The notes beneath the pieces were generated by a model. That model searched no databases. It was not told the origin of the DNA and saw only the letters and a program-made list of their open reading frames with translations. Both the position numbers and the translations under genes were made by a program. This document shows positions 24,901-37,409 of a DNA stretch of 64,000 bases, piece after piece. Within the stretch, counting starts at the first letter, position 1. Each line of letters starts with the position of its first letter. Source of the stretch: Camelus dromedarius (lineage: Eukaryota); the NCBI RefSeq assembly GCF_036321535.1, contig NC_087436.1:85190001-85254000 (forward strand), written 5' to 3'.

Positions 24901-27900
24901 ACTTAAAAATCGTATCTTCCCTCGTCTTTACTCTTATAGATCATTCAGTTTTTCTTAAGAAACACTTTATTTGGGATGGCACTTTTTAGGTAAGAAACTG
25001 TTGAAGATAAGGAAAAGCATCAGCTGTTCTGGGACTGCCGTGGCACTGGGTGAGTCAGTACCGTTCTAACCACCACAGGTGAGGGCTGCAAAGGTTGATA
25101 AAGTGCTGCTGAGAGTGGTGTCAAACCAGAACTGAGACATTCGAAAGCACTTTGTTGTTTGAGTGAAAATATTGGCAGAAAAGCAAATATGGGGTAGCAT
25201 TTAGGTAAATACTACAGTTCAGTCCCCCAACTCTGTCCTAAGTTGAGGGGGTAATTTGAGTCCTGTGCTCTGCCTTGTCACTTCATTCTGGTTTGGGAAT
25301 GTACTAGTAATGAAGGATGCTGGTGACTTTGAATAGTTTGTTATAGAACACTCAGTGCGGAAAAGTGAAAATGTTATTTGAATTCTTCAAGTGCTTGAGT
25401 TGTCAGTCATTGCCTTAAAGCAGTCGGTCTGCTTGCAGTTAGTCAAGGGCACTGAAGCAGTGCAGCTCTGTAAAGAGCGTCGTGTAGAAGGGAGATGAAC
25501 CCTTGTTCAAGAAGCCTTAGAAAGCGGCCCCTCAAAATAGTACTCTTCCTGCTCTGCATAGAGAGGTGAGAATTATTTTAAACTGGATATTACTCAGTGT
25601 GTTTTAGAATGTTTCCACTACATTGAGGTGAACTTTTTTTTTAAGTGGGATGCAACTAGCATTTTACTTTGATATTGATCATTTCTACTTTTCTTTTCCT
25701 GTATTTCTCTGCTAATCAAAAGTTTGTTGACAAAACATTTGTATAAAACTCATTCAAGTCTGTAACCTTTCCAATGTCTGTGACCCTGTTCTTAGTCCCT
25801 CAGGAGTCAGTGTTGGAAGGTGTAAACACTGGATATTACTATTGCTGAGTGAGTCTAGCCAGGAATAAGCTGATCGGAATTTTTAAATGGAGGAAAAGAA
25901 ACAGCACAAAGGCACTTGCCGGTTTAGTGGTGATTGGAGAAAGAGCCTTTTGTTTGGGGTGGGTGAGTGTTCTTCTAAAAGGAGCTTCTGAAGTAATTGC
26001 AAAGGAAAAGAGTTGACTATTTTTATAGTATATTTAATATATTTGTATATAACTATGAATATTGTAGGAACCCTCCACATGCCTCCCACTTTTCTAATTT
26101 ACTCCCCTTTTGCCATAGCACTAGCATAGCCTCATCCGCATGGGTAACGTGCCTACCGTCAGCCTACCAAAACATAGTGCTGCTGCTTTCTGAGACAGGT
26201 GAGAAGACCCAACTCTCATGCCTGGGGATCCTTTGTATATGAATAGCACACATTTCGCAAACAACACACCACAGTCTGGAAGCATCATTTTGAAATGTAG
26301 TAAGCACTTTATTGCAATTATTCATTTTGATAAAGTTTATTATCTTATAAATAACCATTTCTAAAGGATCCCCAAATCATCACTTAGGTGAAATTTTTAA
26401 ATGACACATTTCTGAGAAATGTTTAGATCCAGTGAACCATAGTAGGTTTATGGGAGTGATTTCAAGGTAGCCAAATGAACTTTGACTTCTGTTTTGAATG
26501 TGGTGGAGTCGAGAGATTGTAGGTGCCCAGTTCCGTGTAGACACTATTGTAAACCTATCTTGCCTATTGTGTGGACACCAAAAGAGACCAATGAGCCTGT
26601 CTATTTTCAGAGGTCTAGGAAAATTGCATCAGTGTGAATAGATGTATAGAACTAACCTAAAAGTGATTGGTAGTAATATTTTAGAATATAATAATTTCAA
26701 GAATTATTCTGGGTGTTTTTAATGTGCTCTGAAATGTTGGCATGTCATTTCAGTGTTTCCATTTGAATTGCTCTTGTAATATTTTTGCACAAAAAGGACT
26801 GAGAAAGACTACTTTGGTTGAAGAAAAGGAAAAAAAAATTGATCTTATTTTAAGATCTCCTGTGGAAACACTGGGGATGAATTTTGTTGGTATAATTCAT
26901 TAATTCAGGATTTTAAAACAGTATTGAACAGCTCACAAGAAATTAAGCAAACGTGCATATTGAAAAATTAAAACTTTCTTTCCATGTGACTGTTGCATAT
27001 TTCCCCATGTCATAATTTAACACTACATTCCTTGTTTTTCTTAAATAAAATAATACTTTGCAGGTTCTGGTTTTGAGTATTTAACAATATTTTGTAAGCT
27101 GCCTGGGTTTTCCTAGGGAAATGTTTAGTGAAATAGGATATAGTTTATGAAAAGACATTATTAAGTGAAATTCCATTACCACCACCAGCAAACACTGAGG
27201 TGCTGCATTTAAGTGACAATCAAAATAGTAAGTATTTATGGAAGAATTCAGAAAGTGGTTTTTAAAGAAGCAATTGCTTTGAAAGCAGTTCTCTGGGTTT
27301 CTTGAATAAAAATGGCTAAATGTATTTATTTATATTTTTAAGTATCTTTGTGTTCTGTTTTCTCAGAGTGATCTTAGTGTCATGTATTTAATTGTGGTTT
27401 TGTTTTGCCTCATAATCCTTAGAGGACTGGTTCTTCTTAACCGGGGTGCAGTCCCTAGCCCTCGTCATCTGTTTCCCTTCAGGACACAGTGGAGCCCAAT
27501 CCATACGCCCCAGTGCTCCCCTCCTACTCTCAACTTAGTTAAGAGAAAGAAAAAGTAAAAGTAACTCCTTTCAAATCTGCTTCGTGTAGCTCCAACCTTT
27601 TTCTAGTTTCACTTGCTGCCTTTTCTATTTTATGGGCATTTTTTATGTGATAACTTCCCCAACACAGCCAAAGGCCATTATGACAGAAAAGAACCCAGGC
27701 ACACGTTGCCTCTGTTTTGCCCATTTGAAAAAATGTTATTGAAACATCATCTAAAGGCCATCGCTATCATATCCATATTAAAATCCATTTAAAGTCCTTA
27801 AACATAGAGGTAGAACAATGTATACACACTGCAAACTCTTCAAAAAATGTGTGCTGTCTTTATATAGTGTAATGTTGCTTGGCCCTTTAAACACAAAGTA

Positions 27901-29385
27901 AAATCAAACCTCCATACACAGCACTGCCCAATAAAGCAGTGTTTGACCATTTGAAGCCTAGAAATTTGGGGGTACTTCTTGCTGGTCTGCATTGGAACAG
28001 AATTCTCCACCTTCGGGCTCCTAGTGTAGCTCTTGAGTCCCACAGGCCAGGTACAGAGCACACTCTAGCTTTTGGGATCCCTTAGAGAATGGTGATTAAA
28101 GCACGTCAACCACAAGTTGGATTTAATGATATATAAAAAGTGTTTCTTAACTCTGAGAGTTAAATTGAAGATGTGATGTTTTCAAATGTATGCTTTTAAA
28201 TTTCTGAGGAAACAAACTGTGACATCGCTTTAAAAACGACATTAAGATGTTTTATGATGTGTTTTGAGTTGGCCTCTACTGGTGCAGGTTCACTGCTGGC
28301 AATGGTTGTGCCAATACTAAAGAATTAGAATGCAGGAAAAGCTGTATGTATTATCTTCAAGACTGATGTATTACATAGCTAGACAATCAGCATCAAGCAA
28401 AAAAGGGGGGGGGGGCAAGGAAATGCTGTTCTCCTTTACGGATGTCAGCCAGAGGCCAGAGCTATAATTTAGACCATTCTGAAATCTGTCTTATCGCAGC
28501 GTGAGCTGGGGGAGGTCCTCAGCATGCCACTTGCACACTCTATGTAAAGACTGAAGCCCAAAGACAAGTTAAAAATCCGTGCTGTATTGAAACCAGTTAG
28601 TGCAAAAAAAAGTTTTCTCTGTAAATTTTTAATTGTTAACATCAATTGGTAGTTGGAAAAACATACACCACATCCTTTCTCATGTTCTGTGTGGTTCTTA
28701 GTGTGCTACCCTTCACATTGATGTGTCCTTACTGCTTGGTTCTTGGTTTTAAATTAATATTAGATACAGCCTGTCATTCTACCTTCTGAGGGTGGAGCTA
28801 TAAATGGCTAACTGATACTGAAAGAAGAATACCTATTTTTCCTAAAGCGAACATTTAATTGAAATCCAAACTGATTAACAAAAACAAGACTGACAGTGTC
28901 CAAGTATTGTCTTTGGCCCAGATCCTAAATTACACGGAAGCACGATGGGATAATGCATGGTTTCAACGGTGCTATATTAGGTTCTCTGATTTTCATGAGC
29001 TCTGTTTGGAAATCCAATGTTGTGTAAAATGTGGATCATTTTGTTACCAATTTAATATTGCCATTTTCACTTGGTGTTACAATTGGTTACACTTGTTTTT
29101 CAAAGCTATCCTTTGAGAAAGAGGTAAAACGTGTTATTAGCCTACCTCCACTCTGGCCTCTTGCTGTATAATCATTTTTCCAGGTTATGATGTGTGTAGT
29201 TTTTAAAACTACAGGTACAATTATAATGCTCTCTCCCGTAGACTCTTGTAATGTATTCAGAACCTAAAATTATAGGAGAGCCAAGCAGAAGCATTGGGGT
29301 TTTTTTGTAAATGTAAAAGTGATTAGATTCAGACTTTGTTTCCTTATTCAGTTTTAAAAATAAAAAAATACCTCAGTGCTGTTTT
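21967..29385 (+). other. CLOCK: CLOCK long 3'UTR (end approximate)
   Basis: Repeat-poor AT-rich stretch after the stop; contains the context of human rs1801260 (tcatagggcca-T-agccaattctgacagtg, T at 22177); AATAAA at 27044-27049 and 29359-29364; CLOCK is known to have a multi-kb 3'UTR. Confidence 0.7.
29359..29364 (+). terminator. Candidate distal polyadenylation signal of CLOCK
   Basis: AATAAA followed by a GT/T-rich element (gtgctgttttcc); position fits a ~7.4 kb UTR. Confidence 0.55.
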
Positions 29386-30659
29386 CCAGTATCACCTGCA
29401 TTTCTCAAAAAAACAAAAAACACCTCCTTTATGTGGCACATAACTTGTAAGAATCACATTATTTTGGATTTTAAAGAAAGACTATTAAATATTTTAAAAT
29501 CACTACAATGACACTTTCCTTTCTTCTCTTCAGCAACGGAGTGTAACTGTATTAGCGGTTTTTACCGTGTAGCTTGGGTCTGCACTGCCGAGTTCTCCGA
29601 GTGTTTGTCCTGTCACAAGACTGGTGCCTCAGTGAGTTACACTGTTATTTGCTATCATGCTAGTGCTGGGACCAGTCTGCCGCCCTGCCGGGTGTGGGCC
29701 ATGATGGTACGTACTAGCTACTTTCGAACAAAGAATTACCCTTTTTCACTATTCTTGGAAAAGAAATAATGTTAATCTTTCACTTGTTTGTAATAATCTA
29801 CAGCAGTACTGAGTATTTAACTACTGAGCATGATGGTGTAATGTGGGGACTTAACCTGAGATTTCTTTGAAGTGTTTATCTTGATGCATGGACATTGTAA
29901 TTTTCTCCCCTATAATAACACACTTTTTATGGTAGAGAACGCCTGAAAAGTTTCTAAACATGACTTCGTCATCCATATGTGAACTACTGCTTTTTTACCT
30001 GACAGCCACATTGGCTCTCTTCCCAGTGGTGGGCAGCTGTCCTCCCTGCACACAGGCACTGCTGCAGGCCGACCGCTGCACTGCGTGCGGGGCGACTGAC
30101 CTGGCTCTTCAGTCTCATCAAGCTGTAGGTCACTGTGCGTTGTGGACTTTGGCGGTAGCTCAGGACACCTGAATTGCTCTGGGTCTGTTACACCCCACAC
30201 ACAGCACACATGGGAGTTTCTACAGAACTGTTGCTCTGGTTTAAAGAGGCTATTGATGGCAGTGTTACTGTCTATGGTGACAGAATCAGGCTGGGAGAAA
30301 GCAGTTACGCTGCTTGGACCGAATACAGTCAGTTACGTTTGAACACACTTCAGTGACAGTGATGACTGAAGCTGTGCTGGTCACGTGAAGCAGCCTTACA
30401 AGTATCTGATTGTGGGGTCCAGAGCCAAACTGCCTGGTTTGACTCCCTGCTCTACCAGGTAGCCTTGGGTGAGTTAACTCCTTTTTTAACTTTGTATTAG
30501 TACCCACTACCTCAGAACTGTGTGAGGGTTAAGACAGTGCTTTTAGAACAATGCTTGGCTACTTTTTAAAAATAATCAACTTTAGAAATTCATTTATAAG
30601 TATTAATATGACTGATAAATCAGGATGTTACGAACTGGCATAACACAAGGAAAAACAAG

Positions 30660-31483
30660 CACTGGTCATACCACTTTTATTTATGTTGTATCTATGTTAC
30701 ATTGTTTATTCAATATAGAAAAAATACGAATACACTCACAGTATTCTGTTTTAATTTGGTAATTCCACATGGTCAAATATTGACTGTTATTATATTGGGT
30801 TTCCTACCCAATTAAAAAAAAGAGGAAGAATGGACCTGGCAAACAATTCTTATTGTCATGTCATTGATATAAATAACAGTGATACATTTCTCTTGCTCTT
30901 TAAAAAGAAAAGAAAAAAAAAACCTAATTAAAACCAAAGTTGAAACTGCTACCTGAGAAAGGTAACTGATTTTGGAAACATTTCTGATTAAATCACTGAT
31001 TACTGGCTTATGAAAATGTTTTAAAAGATAGAAATTAATTCACTCTTTCCCCCATGAAAAAATTTAAAGGTAAACATCTTAAAACACCTCAGTGATCCAG
31101 GAGAAATTTTATATTCCTTAAAAAGGGGCCGGTGCTGAAAGGAAATCAAGTGGCAGACCCCACTGCACAATGGTTCCATATGTCCCCTGCTCCCCCCTGC
31201 CCAAAAAAACTTTAAAAAATAGAGACCATATTAAAACATCATTATGCTGGAGAAAAGAAAAATCCACACTTAGATATCAGGTTTCTTTTAAAAACCCATG
31301 TTGCAAATAGAATCAATGATTATTTCTTTTTTTGGACATACATAATACTTTCATTAAATGGGTCAAACTCACAAATCAATGCTACAAAATACAGTATTTT
31401 CCATCACTTTTAGTTATAATATACACCATGTACATAACAAGTTGCCTATCTTAAACTAAATACAAATGAACAATAATAGCTTG
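30660..31483 (-). other. TMEM165: TMEM165 3'UTR
   Basis: Between the TAA stop (31484-31486) and the tandem AATAAA signals. Confidence 0.75.
30676..30710 (-). terminator. Tandem polyadenylation signals of TMEM165
   Basis: TTTATT (AATAAA on -) at 30705-30710 and 30676-30681, with GT-rich sequence downstream on - (gcttgttttttccttgtgtt). Confidence 0.75.
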
Positions 31484-31560
31484 TTAAAAACCAGATTCAG
31501 GACTTATAAATAGTGCAGAAAATGCAAACGCCAAAAATACAATGCCTCCTATGATTGTCA
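31484..31560 (-). CDS. TMEM165: TMEM165 exon 6 (last coding exon)
   Basis: ttacag|; (V)TIIGGIVFLAFAFSALFISPESGF, then TAA. Confidence 0.96.
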
Positions 31561-32234
31561 CTGTAAGAGAACAGAAAAAAGTTAAATAAAGCAAAATTCC
31601 CCTAAATAAGCCAAGACATTGCCCATTATTTTTCTAATCTACTAAACATTAAAAACAAATTAGAAACACTTAAACCTCATTTCCACAGCAAAATATTTAA
31701 CATGCCCAACTCTGAACAGTTGACTCAGTTTATTTTCCAGCAGTTTTAATAACAATTATATTAAAATGAGAGTGCTGACACGCAAAAATAGAACTGTAAT
31801 TCATCTTAAAACAATTACAAAAACTTTCAACAATTTCTGACTAGCGAAGAGACTTTTTATTCCATCTTCTAAGAACTACCAGGATATTTTCAGCAGAATC
31901 AGTAAATGTGATCACCTATGATTCCCAATCTTGTAAGAGACATTTCTAAAGCTAAAGAGTTCTCATATTTCCACATGATTGTTTCACCGACTTAAATATG
32001 TTGACAAAGAGCTACTATGAATCCAGTAATGTTTTTAGATGATTTGTATTTTATTAACATCTATGCACGTGAAAAACAGTCCCTGTTTGCAACAGCAGGG
32101 ACTTCTAAGAGACTGTCATTACAAAGACCAAGTCTGCTTCAAAAGACACAAAATCCCTTTTTCTAATCTTTCTCAGTAATTTTAAGAGTTAAATGATACT
32201 TTCTTTCTAGTTAAAAAATAAAAAACCAACTTAC

Positions 32235-32340
32235 CAGTTCTGACAGAGATTTTTTGTGCTATCATTCTTCCTCCAATTACTGCCAGCCCGGTGCACAAGC
32301 AGTGTCCCACTGTTCCACCCACTGCTACGCCGTAGGGGTC
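32235..32340 (-). CDS. TMEM165: TMEM165 exon 5
   Basis: tctctag| ... |gtaagt; 106 nt; DPYGVAVGGTVGHCLCTGLAVIGGRMIAQKISVRT. Confidence 0.97.
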
Positions 32341-32739
32341 CTAGAGACGAATATGACCAACATTAATCTAAAACCAAAGCTGAAACTGCTACCAGAGAAA
32401 GGTAACTATCAAGCACTGAAGAAGGAGGTCAGCAACAGCAACAAAAGCATAAAACAGTTCTAAGAAAATTCAGGTGTATAATTTACGAAAAGTATAATAG
32501 CTGCTTGAAGGAATACGCTCCAGTTATACCTAAGACTAAAGATAAAAGTAGAAAAAAAATCAGCGTGGAAGATCAGAGCAATCTAATTCGACCTTTCAGC
32601 AGTAGGTGAACTTCTTTCACAGGCAACATTCAGCTCAAGTGAGGAGCTTCCCGCAGACAGCATTTGATATTGTGAAGAAACTAAGTAAGCCTTTACCGTG
32701 CAGTCTATGCTTCCTAAGAACAGAGACCCTGCCTCTCTT

Positions 32740-32980
32740 TTTTAATTTTTAAAATTTTTATACAATTTTTACAGGTTACCTTCTATTCACAGTTATTACA
32801 AAACGTTGCCTCTGTTCCCCGTGTTGTATAATACACCCCCGAGCCCGTCTTCCACCCAGCAGTTTGTGCCTCCCGCTCCCCTACCGCGGTACTGCCCCTC
32901 TGCCCGCCTCCCTCACCCCCGCGGCCCTGTGACGGCGAGTTCATTCTCTATACCTGCGAGGCTGCTTTTTTGTTTTATTT
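32740..32980 (-). mobile_element. Short L1 3'-end insertion with a perfect 17-bp TSD
   Basis: gagaccctgcctctctt at 32723-32739 and 32981-32997; T-rich tail at the left end. Confidence 0.85.
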
Positions 32981-33029
32981 GAGACCCTGCCTCTCTTAAT
33001 GTCCCCTATGTCCTCAGTGCTTTGGTTCA

Positions 33030-34200
33030 GTGCCAGGACACAGTATTCATTCAGTAAACACCGGCCACCAAAGCAAATGGGAGGCACTCAGATTAGGAAG
33101 ACCAGTGACAGTTTTCCAGAAAAGCCAGCACTGAAGAGCAGGCCGGAGGCCCCGACTAGGCAGCCGGCCAGCAGGAAGAGACAACTGCACAGCACTTCGG
33201 CGCTTCTAGAGAACCAGCAAGTCACGAGACAAGGGTCCGCCTAGGCAGGAGGGGCTAGGTCAGGAAGGCCCCCTACAAGGTTAGAGTTTAGACTTTAAGA
33301 CACTGATTGGTTTTTCGCTGGGGAGTGCACAACAGGTTTATGCTTTAAAAGTCGAGTACAGAGAGCGAATTGGAGGACAAGAAGACTGAAGGCAGGGTGA
33401 CCGACTGGGAGGCTATTCCAGCAGTCCTGGTGAGACATGACGCTGGCCTGGACTGCCGTGGGAGACTCACGGCACAGAAAAGCAGATGGATTTGAGAGAA
33501 CTTAAGGAGGCATAACTGATATACCTTGGTGATGAGTGAATGTAAGCGGTATGAAAGAAAAGCCAGGCATGACACGTGAGTTCCTCACCCATAGTTCCCG
33601 GATAAATTATGGCAACACCAATGTGATTAAAAGGGTAGAGGAAGCAGTGGAGAAAGGGGTGGGGATGCCAACAGGAGTTAAAAACGGAGACGTTCAAGAG
33701 TCAGTTGAGTTCAATGGTAAAGAAGCTATGGGCTCGAATGTAATAACCCCAGGAGAGGAGGTATGAAGGCGTGGACAGCACGATCACGAGGACAGCAACA
33801 CTGAAGGGATGACAGGAAGGAGACTGAACAGGCGGCCAAGCAGTTGGCCTCCCACGCCGACCACAGCAGGGCCTGCTGGTGGCTGCAGTGAACGCGAAGC
33901 ACCAAACCAACAGCATCGGTGCGGTCAGGAGCTAGAGCCCAGTGGGTTTAGTAAGCGAGGATGCAGAGCCAACTCCGGTTCCCATCACAGCCAAGCCCTC
34001 TGAAACTGGGGGAAGGGGAGCAAGAAGCTCGTATTTGGACGAGGAACAGAACTGAGGAAGGGGTAAAACCTTTTTAGATGAGAAAAGCTTGTGCATGCTA
34101 AAATGCTCACAAAATTGGGCTGGAAGAGAGGCAAAGATTTATGCTAAGTGGAACACGGGGGACTGGCATCCAAACACAGGCAGGAAAGGACTGTGGCTGT
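33030..34200. mobile_element. L2 relic
   Basis: cattcattcagtaaaca..., gggaggctattccagcagtcctggtgagacatga, atggatttgagaga L2 motifs. Confidence 0.6.
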
Positions 34201-35440
34201 GACGGTAGGAGTGAAAGGGCGACGACTTCTGCTCCTCCCGTGCGCGGGAGGCCGGCTGTGTGCGCAGCCTGGGGAAGTGGGGACAGCCGGGGATGTGGCT
34301 GTGAAGAACGTAGAGTGGGACTACGCGTCCCAAATTCTGTTTGTCTAAAACTAATATCCCATTCTATATGAAAGTAATACTTGAAAAATCACTGGATTAG
34401 ATAAAAGTAAACGTTTCCTTTAATACAGGATTTCTCAGTCTTTGTTATTTTGTTATGCTCCATCTTCAAAACGAAAAAACCAGAATATATTATTTGCCAA
34501 ATTTATTTGACCCTGGAACCTTCTCCCCAACCGTTTTTCTTTCCTTCCTTAGTACCCATCAACATCTTAAAGGACACTAGGGCTGTGAAACCCAACACGG
34601 GAACACTAAATGATACTGAAGGCAGGAGTGAAGTTCAGACCACAATGGACTGAACCAGACTACTGCATGCTTTATACAAAAAAATTACCCCTTGCCCCAA
34701 TTAGGACTACTAAGGGAACAAAAACAGACAACTGCACCTCTGCCCCTGAAAAGCTCATTCCACGTCCTGGGTGCTGACAGTGCGGAAGGGGGCTGACAGT
34801 GCTCACTGGGTCGGGGACCCTACGCGCATTATCTTGTGTCATCCCAGAACATGCAGGAAGAACCACCGGGAAGCGGGTTGCAGGGAGGGGCTGCAGCCAG
34901 AGACTCAAGCCCGGTCAGCACGGCTGGAGCTCAGGGCACAGAGGCAACCCGGGGAGCCTGAGACTTTCACACACCACTCTGGCCATTTAGATGACAGGCT
35001 TTCGAAAAGTGCGATGACTCTGCAGCCATGACAGATCGCCACGCAGAACCACTGCCACCAGCACAAACTGCCTGCTCTCAAGTTCCAGTCCTGGCAACCT
35101 GACTGCCAATCAAGAAGGCTCGAAATCATGAAAAATACAGAGCAAGGACACTGAAATGACATTTTTAAAAAAACTTTTTTTTTAAAAATATGGGAATCAA
35201 ATGAAAAATTCCTACTTTTTTCAAGATACAGCATTTTTAAGGTTTCTCTGACAAAACAGGCCTTAAGCCTGGCCTTCAACTCATGTTTATATTTTAAACT
35301 GCGGCCTAATTTATTTTTTTATGATAGATATTTCCTAGGAGTTAAAAAAAAATTCAAATCAAGCTTGTTGTCTAAAATCTTACCAGCTGATTAAAAACAA
35401 TGTAATTTAATAGACATAAATGAGATAAGAAGTAACATCA

Positions 35441-35499
35441 TGGAATTTGACACAACCTTGTAAAATGACTATAACTCAGTAAAAAAAAGTTAAAAAAAA
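35441..35499 (+). mobile_element. Ultra-short L1 3' tail insertion with 11-bp TSD
   Basis: tggaatttgacacaaccttgtaaaatgactataactcagtaaaa matches 46157-46200; TSD aagtaacatca at 35430-35440 and 35500-35510. Confidence 0.85.
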
Positions 35500-35524
35500 A
35501 AGTAACATCAGTTAAGATCAAAAA

Positions 35525-36436
35525 GAGCTGATAACAACCTGATTTTTAAAATGGGCAAAGAACCTGAATAGACATTTTTTCCAAAGACGACATACAAATG
35601 GTCAACAGGTACATGAAAAGATGCTCAGCACCACTAATTACCAGAGAAGTACAAACCAAAACCACAGTGAGATACCACCTCACATCGGCTAGTATAGCTA
35701 CCATCAGAAAGACAAAAGATAAACAATGGCAAGCACGTGAAGGGAAAGCTTGCACACTGCTGGTGGGAATGTAAACTGGTGCAGCCACCACGGACAAACA
35801 GTATGGAGGTCACTCAAGAAAGTGAAAACAGAACTCCCACGTGGTGCAGCAGCCCCGCTTCTGGAAATGAAACCATCACCTCAAAGAGAGACCTGCACCC
35901 CCATGTCCACGGCAGCATTATTCACAATTGCCAAGACGTACAAACAACTTAAGTGTCTGTCCGTGGATGAATGGGTAAAGAAGATGTGGTACATAGATAC
36001 AATGGAATATTCAGCCTTTAAAAAAGGGGAAATCCTGTCATTTGAGACAACATGGATAAACCTAGCATTATGCTAAATGAAATAAGCCAGGCAGAGAAAG
36101 ATGAATACTTCATGGTTTCACTCACATGTGAAATTTTTATTAAAAAAAAAAAAAGTGAGCTCATAGAAACAGAAAGTAGAATGGGTCAGAGATGTCAGGG
36201 CCTGGGGGGCAGGGGGAGAGGGAGAGGTTGGTAAAAGGGTACAAACCTTCAGTTAGATGAATAAAGTCTTAAGAGCCAATATATAAAGTGGTGACTTTTC
36301 TTGAGATCCAATGTATAAAATAGTTGTTAATACTGTGTTGTAAAATTGAAATTTGAAATTTGCTAAGAGGGTAACTTGTGTTCTCACCAAAAAAAAAAAA
36401 AAAAGAATAAATAAAAAAGTTAAAAAAAAAAAAAAA
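35525..36436 (+). mobile_element. L1 (L1MA-like) 3' fragment with poly(A) tail
   Basis: ORF2 C-terminal remnant (track ORF 35750-36076) and A-rich tail at 36389-36436. Confidence 0.88.
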
Positions 36437-37226
36437 GCAGCAGCTTCTCCTCCACATCCCTCGGCAGCTCTTCACCTATGTGTGTAAAAACTTCACTGTT
36501 CCCCCCCCAAAGAAATAAAGATGAAACATTTTCTTAGAAAACAGTTACCTTTGAAGAGTGGCATCTGACAACTATGAACAGATGCAGCAGAAAAGGCTGG
36601 AAGGCAGACGGCCTGGCTCTAGTCCTTGTCCCTCCTGGCCACCACCCAGCTTACACCCTCGGACAAGCCCCCCCCCCCACCTGCCCTCGGGCCTCAAGTT
36701 CTCCACCCGCAGAGCTGGCCTAGAGCAAGGAGATCTGCGGCCTCTCTAGCCCACCCTCCTAGGACTCAGCATTGTGGGGCCGACTTATCAAATGTTCTGA
36801 GTAACCTTTGTAACACACCATCATTTCTTTTGCACAAGGAACGGAAAAACCCGAAGATTTCTACTTTTAAAGCTTTAGGTATTTGTTGCCAAATTGGCCT
36901 CCAATAATAATATACCAATTTATATCCTCAACAAGTACACAAAGGAAAGTTCTGAGAAAAGAAAACTAAGTCACAGCAACTGCCACACCATCGTTTTGGC
37001 AAAACTGAAGGGAAAAGGAGTCAAAAGAGAGCCATCTGGCCGATGGTAAAACCTGGACAGGCTGGTTTTAAAGAGCCGCAGGGTGATTAGATTTAAAACA
37101 AATAGTCTAGCACATGAAGTCACCCCATGGCCCACCCTGAGTCTGCCCAGTGTCCCTCTGGAGCAAAGCAGCATTAGTTACATTGAGTTTTAATACAGAA
37201 GCAGTCATCTCTCAAGTACCACTCAC

Positions 37227-37409
37227 CTCTCTAGCTGCCAAAACAATTGTAGTCAGCTGAGAGCGATCACCCCATTCTGCTAAGAACGTTAACGTAAGCG
37301 CTTGAACAAAGATGGGTGAAATAAAATGCAGCCACTTTTTCTGAGGTATCGTTGTGCTTGTACCCACTTCAACATCTCCTGGCCCATTTAAGAGTTTGGT
37401 GCGTTGGAA
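37227..37409 (-). CDS. TMEM165: TMEM165 exon 4 (second UPF0016 motif EWGDRS)
   Basis: atttag| ... |gtgagt; 183 nt; FQRTKLLNGPGDVEVGTSTTIPQKKWLHFISPIFVQALTLTFLAEWGDRSQLTTIVLAARE. Confidence 0.97.

Noticed and set aside
30929..32407. CRISPR-like reading of the ~36-51 bp direct repeats in this window
   Set aside because: Only two copies each, no regular spacers, no cas genes, mammalian intronic/UTR context
37030..37060. Cryptic donor-like CAG|GTTTTA (-) about 175 nt into TMEM165 intron 4, near the distance of the human deep-intronic CDG variant c.792+182G>A
   Set aside because: Weak site, and orthology of the intronic position cannot be established without alignment
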